From: Eubacteriales bacterium
GTDB lineage: Bacteria > Bacillota > Clostridia > Oscillospirales > CAG-382
Assembly (NCBI GenBank): GCA_045636285.1
Contig: JAZTXJ010000068.1
Coordinates: forward strand, 1-57,333
Direction of reading: 5' to 3'
Length of the DNA: 57,333 nt
Shown here: positions 18,099-27,110 of the stretch, one piece after another
Layout: each line of letters opens with the position of its first letter
Numbering within the stretch: position 1 is the first letter of the stretch
Position numbers and translations under genes: made by a program
Notes under the pieces: model-generated
What the model was told of the DNA's origin: nothing
Seen by the model: the letters and a program-made list of their open reading frames with translations, nothing else
Databases searched by the model: none

Positions 18099-18854
18099 AT
18101 GACAGTAGAACAGTTAGTAAAACAGCTTGACGAAATTATACCGAAAACTCTTTCCGAACCGTGGGATAACGACGGATACGACGTTATTCCCGATAAAAAC
18201 GCCGAAGTCACACGCGTGCTCTGCGCGCTCGATTGCACGAGCGTTGCAATAGAAAAAGCAACAGAGCAGGGCTGTAACGTTATTATCACTCACCACCCGC
18301 TTGTTTTTAAACCGCTTGCGAGCGTGAGCAACGAGGACAGCGTCGGAAAACGGGTTATCGAATGTATAAAGCGCGGTATCGCCGTAATTTCCTTCCACAC
18401 CCGTTTGGATATTGTCGAAGGCGGCGTGAACGATACGCTTGCAAGCCTTCTCGGTATTAAAAACACCGAAAGCTTTATTCCCTACGGCAGAATAGGCGAA
18501 ATCGAAGAGCAAAGCTTCGAAAGCTTCGCCGCGCTTGTCGCAAGCGCTCTGCGTATCGAAAAAAGCGAGCTTGCGCTTGTGAAATCGAGCGAAGCCGCAA
18601 AGCGCGTTGCCGTCGTTTCGGGCTGTGGCAAGGACGAAATAAACGAAGTTCTCGCCGCAGGTGCAGATACCTTTGTCACCGGCGAGGTTATGCACAACCA
18701 CATGATCGACTGCAAGGAGCTCGGGCTCAACCTTATTTGCGCCACACACTATGCGACCGAACGCATTATCGTACCGCTTCTTGCGGATAAAATACGGAAT
18801 TTCGTCCCCTGCGGCGTATATTTGTTTGTAAGAGAAGAAGAATATGGCATTTGA
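18099..18854 (+). CDS. Nif3-like dinuclear metal centre protein (YqfO/YbgI family)
   Basis: WDNDG, ALD, ITHHPL.F, HTRLD..EGGVND, ATHYATE. Start probably ATG 18099. Confidence 0.93.
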   Translation: MTVEQLVKQLDEIIPKTLSEPWDNDGYDVIPDKNAEVTRVLCALDCTSVAIEKATEQGCNVIITHHPLVFKPLASVSNEDSVGKRVIECIKRGIAVISFHTRLDIVEGGVNDTLASLLGIKNTESFIPYGRIGEIEEQSFESFAALVASALRIEKSELALVKSSEAAKRVAVVSGCGKDEINEVLAAGADTFVTGEVMHNHMIDCKELGLNLICATHYATERIIVPLLADKIRNFVPCGVYLFVREEEYGI

Positions 18855-20568
18855 CGGACTTTTTTGCGCCGCGGCGGCGCAGGAATTGAATAAATGGGCA
18901 GGCGCGAGGGTGGAAAAAATCCACCAAAGCTCGCAAACCTGCTTTTACCTTCAGCTTTATTTCGAAGGTAAGCGCGGCAATTTCGTTATCTCTGCATCCG
19001 CTTCCCGCCCGATACTCGCGATAACCGAAGAATCGGTTGCCCGCCCCGACACACCGACCCCCACCTGTATGCTTTACCGAAAGCATTTGCAAAACGGGCG
19101 TTTTGTTGCGGCGGAATGGGTGGAAAACGAACGCATTATTCGCTTTGCCTTCGATTCGGCGGACGAAATGGGCTACGTTAAGCGCAAATACATCTATGCC
19201 GAAATGATGGGCAAGTATTCGAATATTATCCTTGCCGACGAAAATCAAAGAATTATCAACGCAAGCTCGGTTTCGGATATTACCGCGAGCGTTCGCAGAA
19301 TAATGGCGGGCTTGCCATACGAAATGCCTCCGAGGCAGGATAAAATTTCGGTGTTTGCCATTACAAACAGCGATTTTATTGCGCTCTGCCGCGAAAAAAG
19401 CGGGGCACGCGCCTGCGATTTTCTTTTGAAAACCTTTTTCGGCTTTTCCCCCGTTGTCGCGCGGGAGCTTGCCTTTTGCGCCTATGGCGACAGCGATACC
19501 GAAATTTACGAAGAAAACGCCCTGCCGCTTTTATCCGAGGTAAACAAGCTTATAAGCCGTTTTAAAACCAACGATTTCGCCCCGAACGCCGTTTACGACA
19601 GCGAAGGCAACGGGATTGAATATTCCTTTATCCCGCTTACACAGTACGGCACTGCGGGAGAAACGCGCGTTTATGAAAGCTTTTCGCTTCTTTTGACCGA
19701 TTATTTCGGCAAAAAGGAAGAAGCGGTGAATATCGGTCGTTACTCGCGCGAGATAGTAAAAATCGTAAACAGCCACCTTTCACGCGCGCAGAAAAAGCTC
19801 GTTCTTTTGAAAACCGAGCTCGATGAATGCGGCGCGATGGAGGATATGCGCATGCGCGGCGATCTTATCACCGCAAACATTTACCGTATTCGCCAAGGCG
19901 ATAAAAGCGTTACCGCGATGAACTACGAAACCGGCGAGGAAATGACGGTTTCGCTCGATATTTCGCTCACCCCCGCCAAAAACGCGCAGAAATACTATAA
20001 AAAATATTCAAAAATGAAGCGTGCATCGGTTATTCTTGCCGAGCAGATAAAAAAGACCGAAGCCGAATGCGATTATCTTTCGGGCGTGCTCGGCTTTATC
20101 GAGCGTGCCGCAAGCCCGCAGGAGCTTGCCGAAATAAAGCAGGAGCTTATCGACGGCGGCTATATTGCCGATAAAGCGCAAAGCGGCAAAAAGAAAAAAA
20201 CACCCGCGGCGAAGCCGTTATCCTTCACCACTACCGACGGACTTTTGGTGCGTGTCGGCAGGAACAACCGCCAGAATGATTATCTTACCGGCAACGCCGA
20301 CAGAAACGAGCTTTGGTTTCATATAAAAGGCTTCCACGGCTCGCACGTTATCCTTACCCCGAACGGCAACGAAGAACCCTCCGACCGCGATTATACCGAA
20401 GCGGCAATGCTCGCCGCATATTACAGCGAAAAGCGCGGAAGCCGCAACGTCGAGGTCGATTATACCCGCGTGCGCTGTCTGAAAAAGCCTTCGGGCTCTG
20501 CCCCCGGCTTTGTAACCTACGAAAAATATTGGTCCGCCGTTGTAGATGCAGTGAACCCGTTTGAATAG
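18844..20568 (+). CDS. rqcH: NFACT/FbpA-family ribosome quality-control factor RqcH
   Basis: MAFDGL, EMMGKYSNIIL, NAQKYYKKYSK.KR, VGRNNRQND.L, WFH.K...GSHV, VDYT....LKKP.G..PGFVTY. Confidence 0.92.
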   Translation: MAFDGLFCAAAAQELNKWAGARVEKIHQSSQTCFYLQLYFEGKRGNFVISASASRPILAITEESVARPDTPTPTCMLYRKHLQNGRFVAAEWVENERIIRFAFDSADEMGYVKRKYIYAEMMGKYSNIILADENQRIINASSVSDITASVRRIMAGLPYEMPPRQDKISVFAITNSDFIALCREKSGARACDFLLKTFFGFSPVVARELAFCAYGDSDTEIYEENALPLLSEVNKLISRFKTNDFAPNAVYDSEGNGIEYSFIPLTQYGTAGETRVYESFSLLLTDYFGKKEEAVNIGRYSREIVKIVNSHLSRAQKKLVLLKTELDECGAMEDMRMRGDLITANIYRIRQGDKSVTAMNYETGEEMTVSLDISLTPAKNAQKYYKKYSKMKRASVILAEQIKKTEAECDYLSGVLGFIERAASPQELAEIKQELIDGGYIADKAQSGKKKKTPAAKPLSFTTTDGLLVRVGRNNRQNDYLTGNADRNELWFHIKGFHGSHVILTPNGNEEPSDRDYTEAAMLAAYYSEKRGSRNVEVDYTRVRCLKKPSGSAPGFVTYEKYWSAVVDAVNPFE

Positions 20569-20577
20569 GCGCTGACG

Positions 20578-20675
20578 CTTTCCCCAAAAAGCTTGCGCTT
20601 TTCGGGGACCCCCATATTTTTTGGATGTCCGTTCGCTCGCGCAGAACACCCAAAAAATCAGGATTTTCGGGGAGA
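20578..20675. repeat. REP-like multi-hairpin intergenic element
   Basis: TCCCCAAAAAGC-TTGC-GCTTTTCGGGGA, then ATTTTTTGGATGTCC...GAACACCCAAAAAAT, then a second TTTTCGGGGA. Confidence 0.5.
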
Positions 20676-20709
20676 ATAATTACAAAGCTTTTGTTTTTTC
20701 GTAAAGAAA

Positions 20710-20751
20710 TATCTCTTATCTCTTATCTATTATCTCTTCTCTATTATCTAT
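20710..20751 (+). repeat. Heptamer tandem repeat T(A/C)TCT(C/A)T x6
   Basis: TATCTCT TATCTCT TATCTAT TATCTCT TCTCTAT TATCTAT. Confidence 0.9.
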
Positions 20752-20769
20752 CACAAAATCGGTGCAACT

Positions 20770-21474
20770 ATGAGCTTACTTGAACGATCCATCCCGCTTA
20801 TAACCGAAGACGGTGCAGAAAAACTGAATAATTCAAGCGTTGCTGTGTTCGGCGTGGGCGGTGTTGGCTCGTGGTGTGCCGAGGCTTTGGTGCGATGCGG
20901 TATCGGGAAAATAACGGTTATCGATAACGATACCGTTTCGGAAACCAACCGCAACCGCCAGCTTATCGCGCTCAATTCCACGTTGGGAACCGAAAAGGCA
21001 ACGGTCTGTGCAACGCGCTTAAAGGACATTAACCCGAACTGCGAAGTAACGGGGATAAATATGTTTTATTCGGCGGAAACGGCGGAAGAAATCGACCTTA
21101 CACAGTTCGATTATATTGCCGACTGTATCGATACCGTCACCTCGAAGCTATTGCTTATTCAAAGCGCAAAGCGCGCAGGTGTTCCGATAATTTCCTCGAT
21201 GGGTACGGGCAACCGATTGGACCCTTCGCAAATAACCGTAACCGATATTTACAAGACGGAGGGCGACCCGCTGGCGCGCATTATGCGAAAAGAGCTCCGC
21301 GCCCGCGAAGTAGAAAGCCTGACAGTCGTCTGCTCTACCGAACCGCCGAGCAAATGCGTCGAGGGCAGAAACGAAATCACCGGCCGCGCCACACCTTCAA
21401 GCGCCGTTTTCGTGCCCGCGACGGCAGGGTTGCGAATGAGTTTTGAAATAGTAAAAGAGCTTTTGAATAAGTAA
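20770..21474 (+). CDS. tcdA: tRNA threonylcarbamoyladenosine dehydratase (ThiF family)
   Basis: VAVFGVGGVGS..EAL.R.GIG, TNRNRQLIA, DCIDTV.SK, SSMGTGNRLDP, DPLAR.MRKELR. Confidence 0.9.
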   Translation: MSLLERSIPLITEDGAEKLNNSSVAVFGVGGVGSWCAEALVRCGIGKITVIDNDTVSETNRNRQLIALNSTLGTEKATVCATRLKDINPNCEVTGINMFYSAETAEEIDLTQFDYIADCIDTVTSKLLLIQSAKRAGVPIISSMGTGNRLDPSQITVTDIYKTEGDPLARIMRKELRAREVESLTVVCSTEPPSKCVEGRNEITGRATPSSAVFVPATAGLRMSFEIVKELLNK

Positions 21475-21502
21475 AGTCTTATAAGTTATACAGGTAATAT
21501 CT

Positions 21503-22093
21503 ATGTCTAAACAACATTGGAAAGGCGGGGCTCTTTTGGCGCCCGTGCCTGCGGTGCTTGTTTCCTGCGGGAACAGCGAAAGTGACAATTTAATAACTAT
21601 CGGCTGGACGGGAATTTGTGCCACACACCCGCCGAAGCTTTATATTTCGGTGCGCCCCGAGCGTTATTCCTATGAAATTATTAAGCAAAGCGGTGAATTC
21701 TGCGTTAATCTGCCGAACACCAAAATGGTTCGCGCGCTTGATTTTTGCGGCGTGAAATCGGGCAGAGATACCGATAAATTCAAGCAAACGGGGCTTACGA
21801 AATCCGATTCCTTTGCGGTAAATTGCAAAAGCGTTGCCGAAAGCCCGCTTACGCTCGAATGCAAGGTCGATAAAATAATCCCCCTCGGCTCGCACGATAT
21901 GTTTATTGCCGATATTGTTGCGGTTGCGGTCGATGAATCGATTATCGACGAAAACGGCAGGCTTATGCTTGAGCGCGCCGAGCTTTTGGCGTACTCGCAC
22001 GGCGATTACTTCACGCTCGGCAAAAAGATCGGAGATTTCGGTTTTTCGGTACGAAAGAAGAAAACCGTTAACGCAAGAAAAAGGAAGAAATAA
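21503..22093 (+). CDS. Flavin reductase family protein
   Basis: PVPAVLVSC, ISVRPERYS, CGVKSGRD.DKF, ECKV.....LGSHDMF. Confidence 0.92.
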   Translation: MSKQHWKGGALLAPVPAVLVSCGNSESDNLITIGWTGICATHPPKLYISVRPERYSYEIIKQSGEFCVNLPNTKMVRALDFCGVKSGRDTDKFKQTGLTKSDSFAVNCKSVAESPLTLECKVDKIIPLGSHDMFIADIVAVAVDESIIDENGRLMLERAELLAYSHGDYFTLGKKIGDFGFSVRKKKTVNARKRKK

Positions 22094-22098
22094 CCATT

Positions 22099-22569
22099 AT
22101 GACTTCTGTTACCATTATACACGTCGGAGATTTTAAAGAAAAATATTTCAAGGATGCGGAAGCCGAATATATTAAGCGCTTAAAGGCGTTTTGCGAATAC
22201 AAAACGGTATGCATTAAAGAGGAATCCTGCTTTGGCGAGGAATCCGAAAAGCTTATCGCACGCGCGCTCGAAAAGGAAGCCGCCGCTATCCGCCAAGCGA
22301 TCCCGAAAAACGCATTGAAAATCGCAATGTGTATCGAGGGCAAGCAGTTATCCAGCACCGAGCTTGCGAGCGTTTTCGCGAACGAAGCGCGCCCGATTTG
22401 CTTTATAATCGGTTCTTCGTTCGGGCTCGACGAAGCCTTAAAGCGCGAATGCGATATACGGCTTTCGATGTCGAAAATGACCTTTCCCCACATGCTTGCA
22501 CGCGTTATGCTTGCCGAACAGGTCTACCGCGCGTTCGCGATAAACAGCGGCAAAAAGTACCACAAATAA
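22099..22569 (+). CDS. rlmH: 23S rRNA pseudouridine-1915 N3-methyltransferase
   Basis: EY.KRL, G.QLSS.ELA, FIIGSSFGL, LSMSKMTFPH..ARV.LAEQ.YRA..I..G.KYHK. Confidence 0.96.
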   Translation: MTSVTIIHVGDFKEKYFKDAEAEYIKRLKAFCEYKTVCIKEESCFGEESEKLIARALEKEAAAIRQAIPKNALKIAMCIEGKQLSSTELASVFANEARPICFIIGSSFGLDEALKRECDIRLSMSKMTFPHMLARVMLAEQVYRAFAINSGKKYHK

Positions 22570-22598
22570 AAAACAGACGGAAGGAATCCGTCTGTTTT
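22570..22598. terminator. Bidirectional terminator between convergent genes
   Basis: AAAACAGACGGA-AGGAA-TCCGTCTGTTTT with flanking A and T tracts. Confidence 0.85.
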
Positions 22599-22615
22599 GT
22601 TTTGTTTTTTAACGA

Positions 22616-23152
22616 TTATTTAAAAAGGTTGCGAAGCTTTACGCTGTATTCGTAATAGTAATATTCGTATTCTTCGAGCATTTCTTCTAAATCGTAGCCG
22701 TATTCAGCCAAAATGCCGATACCGATAACCGTCAAAACGATAGAAATGACAGCCACAGCAAGACCGATAGAAGAGGTGATAATACCTGCAACTGCGAAGC
22801 CGTTCTTCATACCTGCCTTCTTTGCCTTGCTCTTTGCACAGCAGGAAAGGATAAGACCTACGATCGCGCAAGGAATTGCAAGATAGAAGGTGCACATAAA
22901 TACGATAGATGCAATACCGAGGATCATACCCGCGATACCCATACCCTTACCGGGAAGCGAGGGGTTGGGAGTGGGGGTATAAGAGGGCTGAAAATCGTTC
23001 TGGGGTGCCTGATATACAGGGTTTTCGGGCTGCATGGGGGTATCTTGAATGGGAACTTCCTGCTTTATGGGCTCGTTAGCCAAGGGCGCGCCGCAGCCTG
23101 CACAGAAAGCGGCATTTTCCGCGTTATTGGTTCCGCACTGAGAACAAAACAT
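22616..23152 (-). CDS. Zinc-ribbon plus DUF4190-like membrane protein
   Basis: MFCSQCG.....AAFCAGCG zinc ribbon, P/Q linker, GMGIAGMILGIAS...AVAGII.S.IG TM pair. AGGAGG RBS and a TTGATT-17-TACACT promoter upstream. Confidence 0.85.
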   Translation of the reverse strand: MFCSQCGTNNAENAAFCAGCGAPLANEPIKQEVPIQDTPMQPENPVYQAPQNDFQPSYTPTPNPSLPGKGMGIAGMILGIASIVFMCTFYLAIPCAIVGLILSCCAKSKAKKAGMKNGFAVAGIITSSIGLAVAVISIVLTVIGIGILAEYGYDLEEMLEEYEYYYYEYSVKLRNLFK

Positions 23153-23271
23153 TACTGTTTCCTCCTAAATGAATTACTGTAACTTGAGTGTAGCATACTA
23201 TTGCGTTAAAATCAATCGTTTTTTTGGTTTTTTTATAATTTTATGTTAATATTCCGAATTTATTCGTGATT

Positions 23272-23691
23272 TTACGAATTCGTGACGTCGTAATATCCCA
23301 TTCCCGAGGGAACGAAATATATATCGCGGTTGCCGAGATGAGTATTCAGGCTTACGAGAGTAAAGCCATCGTAATAATATTCGACACTGCCGTCGGGATA
23401 TGATTTCGATTCGAGCTTTTTGTTTTCGGCATCCTTTTCGGCAGAAGCGAGAATATCCGAAACGGCGATATCGCCTTCCTTTAACGCCATTTCAAGCATT
23501 TTTGCGCTTTCTTCGATATTTATCATCATCAAGCCGCCGACAACGTATACAACGCGTTCGTCATCGTAATAAATATATTCGATTTTACTGCTTCCGTCGG
23601 AGGTATAGGCAAGCCCGTATTCGTTCGCGCTCGCGCAGGCAGAAAGCAAAAGGCAGAGCAAAAGCAGAAAAGAAATTATTAACTTACGCAT
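23272..23691 (-). CDS. Hypothetical lipoprotein, translationally coupled to ftsK
   Basis: Start MRKLIISFLLLLCLLLSAC (lipobox) at 23691 overlaps the ftsK stop. GGAGG upstream. Confidence 0.75.
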   Translation of the reverse strand: MRKLIISFLLLLCLLLSACASANEYGLAYTSDGSSKIEYIYYDDERVVYVVGGLMMINIEESAKMLEMALKEGDIAVSDILASAEKDAENKKLESKSYPDGSVEYYYDGFTLVSLNTHLGNRDIYFVPSGMGYYDVTNS

Positions 23692-26101
23692 CGCCGTCCT
23701 CCTTCTTGCCTTCGCCGTTGAGCTTAAGCTCGGCGAACTGTTCGCGGGTGATAAGAATGGGGCGTTTTTTCGTTGCGGAATCGAATTCTCCGATATATCC
23801 GCGGCGTTCCATTTTATCGATAATTCTTGCCGCACGCGCATAGCCGAGCGAAAGTCTGCGCTGAAGCAGCGAGGTGGAAACCGTACCGCATTCGATTGCG
23901 ACCGCGATCGCGTCCATAAACATCGGATCGGTTTTTTCGTCGCCATCGTCCGAAGCCTCTGCCGCGGCAGAGCCCTTTTTGCCCTTCATACCGCAAAGCT
24001 TTGCTTCCTGCTCGATCTGCTGCATAATGTTTTCGTCGTACTGTGCGTGAGCCGCTTCCTTGATAAACTGGGTTACTGCGGCAACCTCGCCCTTACCGTC
24101 AACAAACGCGCCCTGAACACGCAAGGGCTTCATCGCACCGACAGGATAATAGAGCATATCGCCCTTACCGAGCAGCTTTTCTGCGCCCGTCATATCCAAA
24201 ATCGTACGCGAGTCCACCGCCGATGTGGTGGTGAGTGCAATACGCGAGGGGATATTTGCTTTGATAAGACCGGTAATAACGTCAACAGAAGGTCTTTGAG
24301 TACCGATAACGAGATGTATACCCGCCGCACGCGCCTTCTGTGCAAGACGGCAAACCGAGGTTTCTACGTCGTCGGGCGCGGTCATCATCAAATCGGCAAA
24401 CTCGTCGATAAAAATGACGATCTGGGGAAGAAGCTCGCGTTCGGGATCGTTCGCAACCGCGTTGTTATAGCCCATAAGGTCACGCGCGCCGACTTCCTGA
24501 ATAAGTCTGTAACGGTTTTCCATTTCGGTACACGCCCAATTAAGCGTGCCCGCCGCATTCTTCGGGTCGTTGATAACCGGAACGAGAAGGTGCGGAATAT
24601 CCTTATAATCCGAAAATTCAACGGTTTTCGGGTCGATAAGTATAAGCTTTACGTCGTTGGGGTGATTGCGGTAAAGCAAAGAAATAATAAGCGAGTTTAT
24701 ACAAACCGATTTACCCTGACCTGTCGCGCCCGCAACCAGAAGGTGAGGCATTTTTGCAATATCGAGATAAACGGGACTGCCCGCAACGTCTTCGCCGAGC
24801 GCACAGAAAAGTCTGCTCTTGTTTTCGCGGAAGATAGGGTTATCGATAAGACCGCGCAGGCGCACGGTAGAGGTAGCCTTGTTCGGTATTTCGACACCGA
24901 CCGCCGCCTTGCCGGGAATATTTTCGATTCTTACCGCAGTTGCCGCAAGGTGCAGTGCAATATCCTCCGAAAGATTCGCTATCGCCTTTACTCTTACACC
25001 GGTTTCGGGCTGAAGCTCATAGCGCGTAACGGTAGGACCGTAGGTGGAATGAACGACCTTTGCCTTAACGTTGAAGCTTGCGAGAACCTCTTCGAGCTTT
25101 CTGCTCGTGCGTTCGACCTCTGCGCCGCTGGGACCTCCCATACCGTTGCCGCTGTCCGCGGTAAGCAGAGATATGGGCGGGAAAACGTAAGGCGTATCCT
25201 CGATCGGCTCCAAGCAAAGCTCTTCGTCGTCGCTTTCTTCGATAATTTCGGGAATGGTTTCGGGTACGTTTTCGGGGATCGGATCGGGCTCAAAGGGGAG
25301 CTCGTCGTTGCTTGCGCTCTCTTCCTGGGCAATCGGCCGAGCGATTTCAATATCGGTTTTCGGATCATATTCCGAAATGGTTTCGAATCCGCCGTTTTCC
25401 TCTGTAAGAACGGGATCCTCGGGAAGCGGTTCGGGAACGGGCAGTTCCTTGCGTTTAACCTTTTTTGCGGGTTCGGGAATTTCCTCGGGCTCGGAATCAC
25501 GCGCTTCTCTTGCGCGCTCTGCGGCATCGCGGAAATAGTTGATTATAGCCATAACCGTATCCTTCGGGGTTGCGCCGCAAAGCAAAACGGTACAGATAAA
25601 TATGCCCAATATTGCAAGCACCATCGAAGCGGTCGCCCCGATAAGCTTAATAAACAGTATCGCCACCGCGCCGCTTATAAGTCCCGCGCTCTGAAGTGCG
25701 ATACCCTTTCCGTATAAATCGCGCAGAGCCATTTCATCGCCGCCCGCAACCGCAACCTGCACCACAAGCGAGATGAATATGAATTCAAGAAAATAAAGCA
25801 GATATTTTATTCTTGCAACGTTGTTTTCGTGATCTCTGCCCCAAAAAATATCCACGATAAGTATGAAAAACGGCACGACGTAATACATCGGCCCGAAAAG
25901 TCCCTTCAAAAACGAAGAAATCGCACTTCCGAACCAGCCGTTATTCATAAACGGGAAAAAGGTAAGTATTATAAAAAACGCGACAAAGCCAACCGCCCAA
26001 CGAATTATTTCCGAACGGTCGACCTTTATTTGTGTCTGCTTGGGTGCAGAGCTCTTTTTCGTGCTTGCTTTACTTGTCTTATTTTTTTTCTTATCCGCCA
26101 C
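23684..26101 (-). CDS. ftsK: DNA translocase FtsK/SpoIIIE
   Basis: N-terminal TM helices, GPTVTRYE, MPHLLVAGATGQGKS, IDEFADLMM, TQRPSVDVITG.IKAN.P.R, GAEKLLGKGDML, gamma domain STSLLQRRL.LGYARAARIID.ME. Confidence 0.97.
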   Translation of the reverse strand: MADKKKNKTSKASTKKSSAPKQTQIKVDRSEIIRWAVGFVAFFIILTFFPFMNNGWFGSAISSFLKGLFGPMYYVVPFFILIVDIFWGRDHENNVARIKYLLYFLEFIFISLVVQVAVAGGDEMALRDLYGKGIALQSAGLISGAVAILFIKLIGATASMVLAILGIFICTVLLCGATPKDTVMAIINYFRDAAERAREARDSEPEEIPEPAKKVKRKELPVPEPLPEDPVLTEENGGFETISEYDPKTDIEIARPIAQEESASNDELPFEPDPIPENVPETIPEIIEESDDEELCLEPIEDTPYVFPPISLLTADSGNGMGGPSGAEVERTSRKLEEVLASFNVKAKVVHSTYGPTVTRYELQPETGVRVKAIANLSEDIALHLAATAVRIENIPGKAAVGVEIPNKATSTVRLRGLIDNPIFRENKSRLFCALGEDVAGSPVYLDIAKMPHLLVAGATGQGKSVCINSLIISLLYRNHPNDVKLILIDPKTVEFSDYKDIPHLLVPVINDPKNAAGTLNWACTEMENRYRLIQEVGARDLMGYNNAVANDPERELLPQIVIFIDEFADLMMTAPDDVETSVCRLAQKARAAGIHLVIGTQRPSVDVITGLIKANIPSRIALTTTSAVDSRTILDMTGAEKLLGKGDMLYYPVGAMKPLRVQGAFVDGKGEVAAVTQFIKEAAHAQYDENIMQQIEQEAKLCGMKGKKGSAAAEASDDGDEKTDPMFMDAIAVAIECGTVSTSLLQRRLSLGYARAARIIDKMERRGYIGEFDSATKKRPILITREQFAELKLNGEGKKEDGDA

Positions 26102-26114
26102 AATTAACTCCTTT

Positions 26115-26951
26115 TTACATCAGTACGCACGCCGTTATCGCGGCAATGCCTATTATTATACAGTAAACCGCAAAGAAGGTGAAGCTTTTGTTTTTCGTGA
26201 GATACTGCAAAAGCTTTATTGCGAAGAAGCCGACCACCGCCGCAGTCGCCGCGCCCGCAAGCACGGGTGCGAGCATTTCTGCCGAAAAGCCTTCTTCGAA
26301 CATATCGGGAAGCTCGGTCACGCACGCCCCCAATATCGCGGGGATCGACATTAAAAACGAAAATCTTACCGCTTCCTCGCGGCTGTAACCGAATATTCTG
26401 CCGCCCGTAATGGTCGAGCCCGAGCGCGAAATACCGGGAAGTATGCCGAGCAATGCCTGCATTACACCGACACCCAGCGGACGCAGATACCCGCCGTTTT
26501 CGGCAGTGATATTCTTTGCGCGCAGACGGTCGCTAACTATAAGCATTGCGCCGTTCAATATGAGCAATATTCCCACAGCATAAGAAATTCCGCTCAGCGC
26601 CTCTACCGATTCGTCGAGCCCCAAAAGCTTTACGGGTATAAGAGGAAGAGTCGCAACGCAAAGCATCAAAAACAGTCTTTCGCCGCTTGTGAGTCCCTGC
26701 TTTAATTTGCCCGTGAACAGCTTTTTTACAAGCGAGAAAAAGCCTTTAATAAGCATAAGCACGTCCTTGCGGAACACTATGCACACCGAAACGAGCGTTG
26801 CCAGATGCAATGCGATATTAAAGGTAAAGCCGCTTTCGGTCTGCGTGCCGAAGAAGTTCTGTGCCAAGGCGAGATGCCCCGAGCTCGATATAGGCAAAAA
26901 TTCGGCGATGCCCTGAATTATTCCGTATATGATCGCTTCCAAAATGCCCAT
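26115..26951 (-). CDS. uppP: Undecaprenyl-diphosphate phosphatase
   Basis: GIIQGIAEFLPISSSGH, PGISRSGSTI, FSFLMSIPAILGA. Start at ATG 26951 (or 26957) after AGGAG. Confidence 0.95.
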   Translation of the reverse strand: MGILEAIIYGIIQGIAEFLPISSSGHLALAQNFFGTQTESGFTFNIALHLATLVSVCIVFRKDVLMLIKGFFSLVKKLFTGKLKQGLTSGERLFLMLCVATLPLIPVKLLGLDESVEALSGISYAVGILLILNGAMLIVSDRLRAKNITAENGGYLRPLGVGVMQALLGILPGISRSGSTITGGRIFGYSREEAVRFSFLMSIPAILGACVTELPDMFEEGFSAEMLAPVLAGAATAAVVGFFAIKLLQYLTKNKSFTFFAVYCIIIGIAAITACVLM

Positions 26952-27067
26952 TGCCATTCTCCTTTTTTGCGCCGCAGGCGCGATTCGTGCTCGTATACTC
27001 ATGCACGCAAGCCTTTGCCGATAGCGAAAGATTTGTATGCGTGAACACACGAACGGTTTTGATTTGC

Positions 27068-27100
27068 TTCTGCTCCCGCCGAAGACCGACGGGAGCAGAA
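27068..27100 (-). terminator. Terminator-like hairpin after SBP copy 1
   Basis: TTCTGCTCCCG...CGGGAGCAGAA 11-bp stem just past the stop. Confidence 0.65.
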
Positions 27101-27110
27101 ATTTGCGTTT

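Noticed and set aside
22540-22620. rlmH 3' end as an integration site (orfX/SCC-type)
   Set aside because: A terminator and an ordinary gene follow directly. No recombinase and no repeat of the 3' end noticed in the window.
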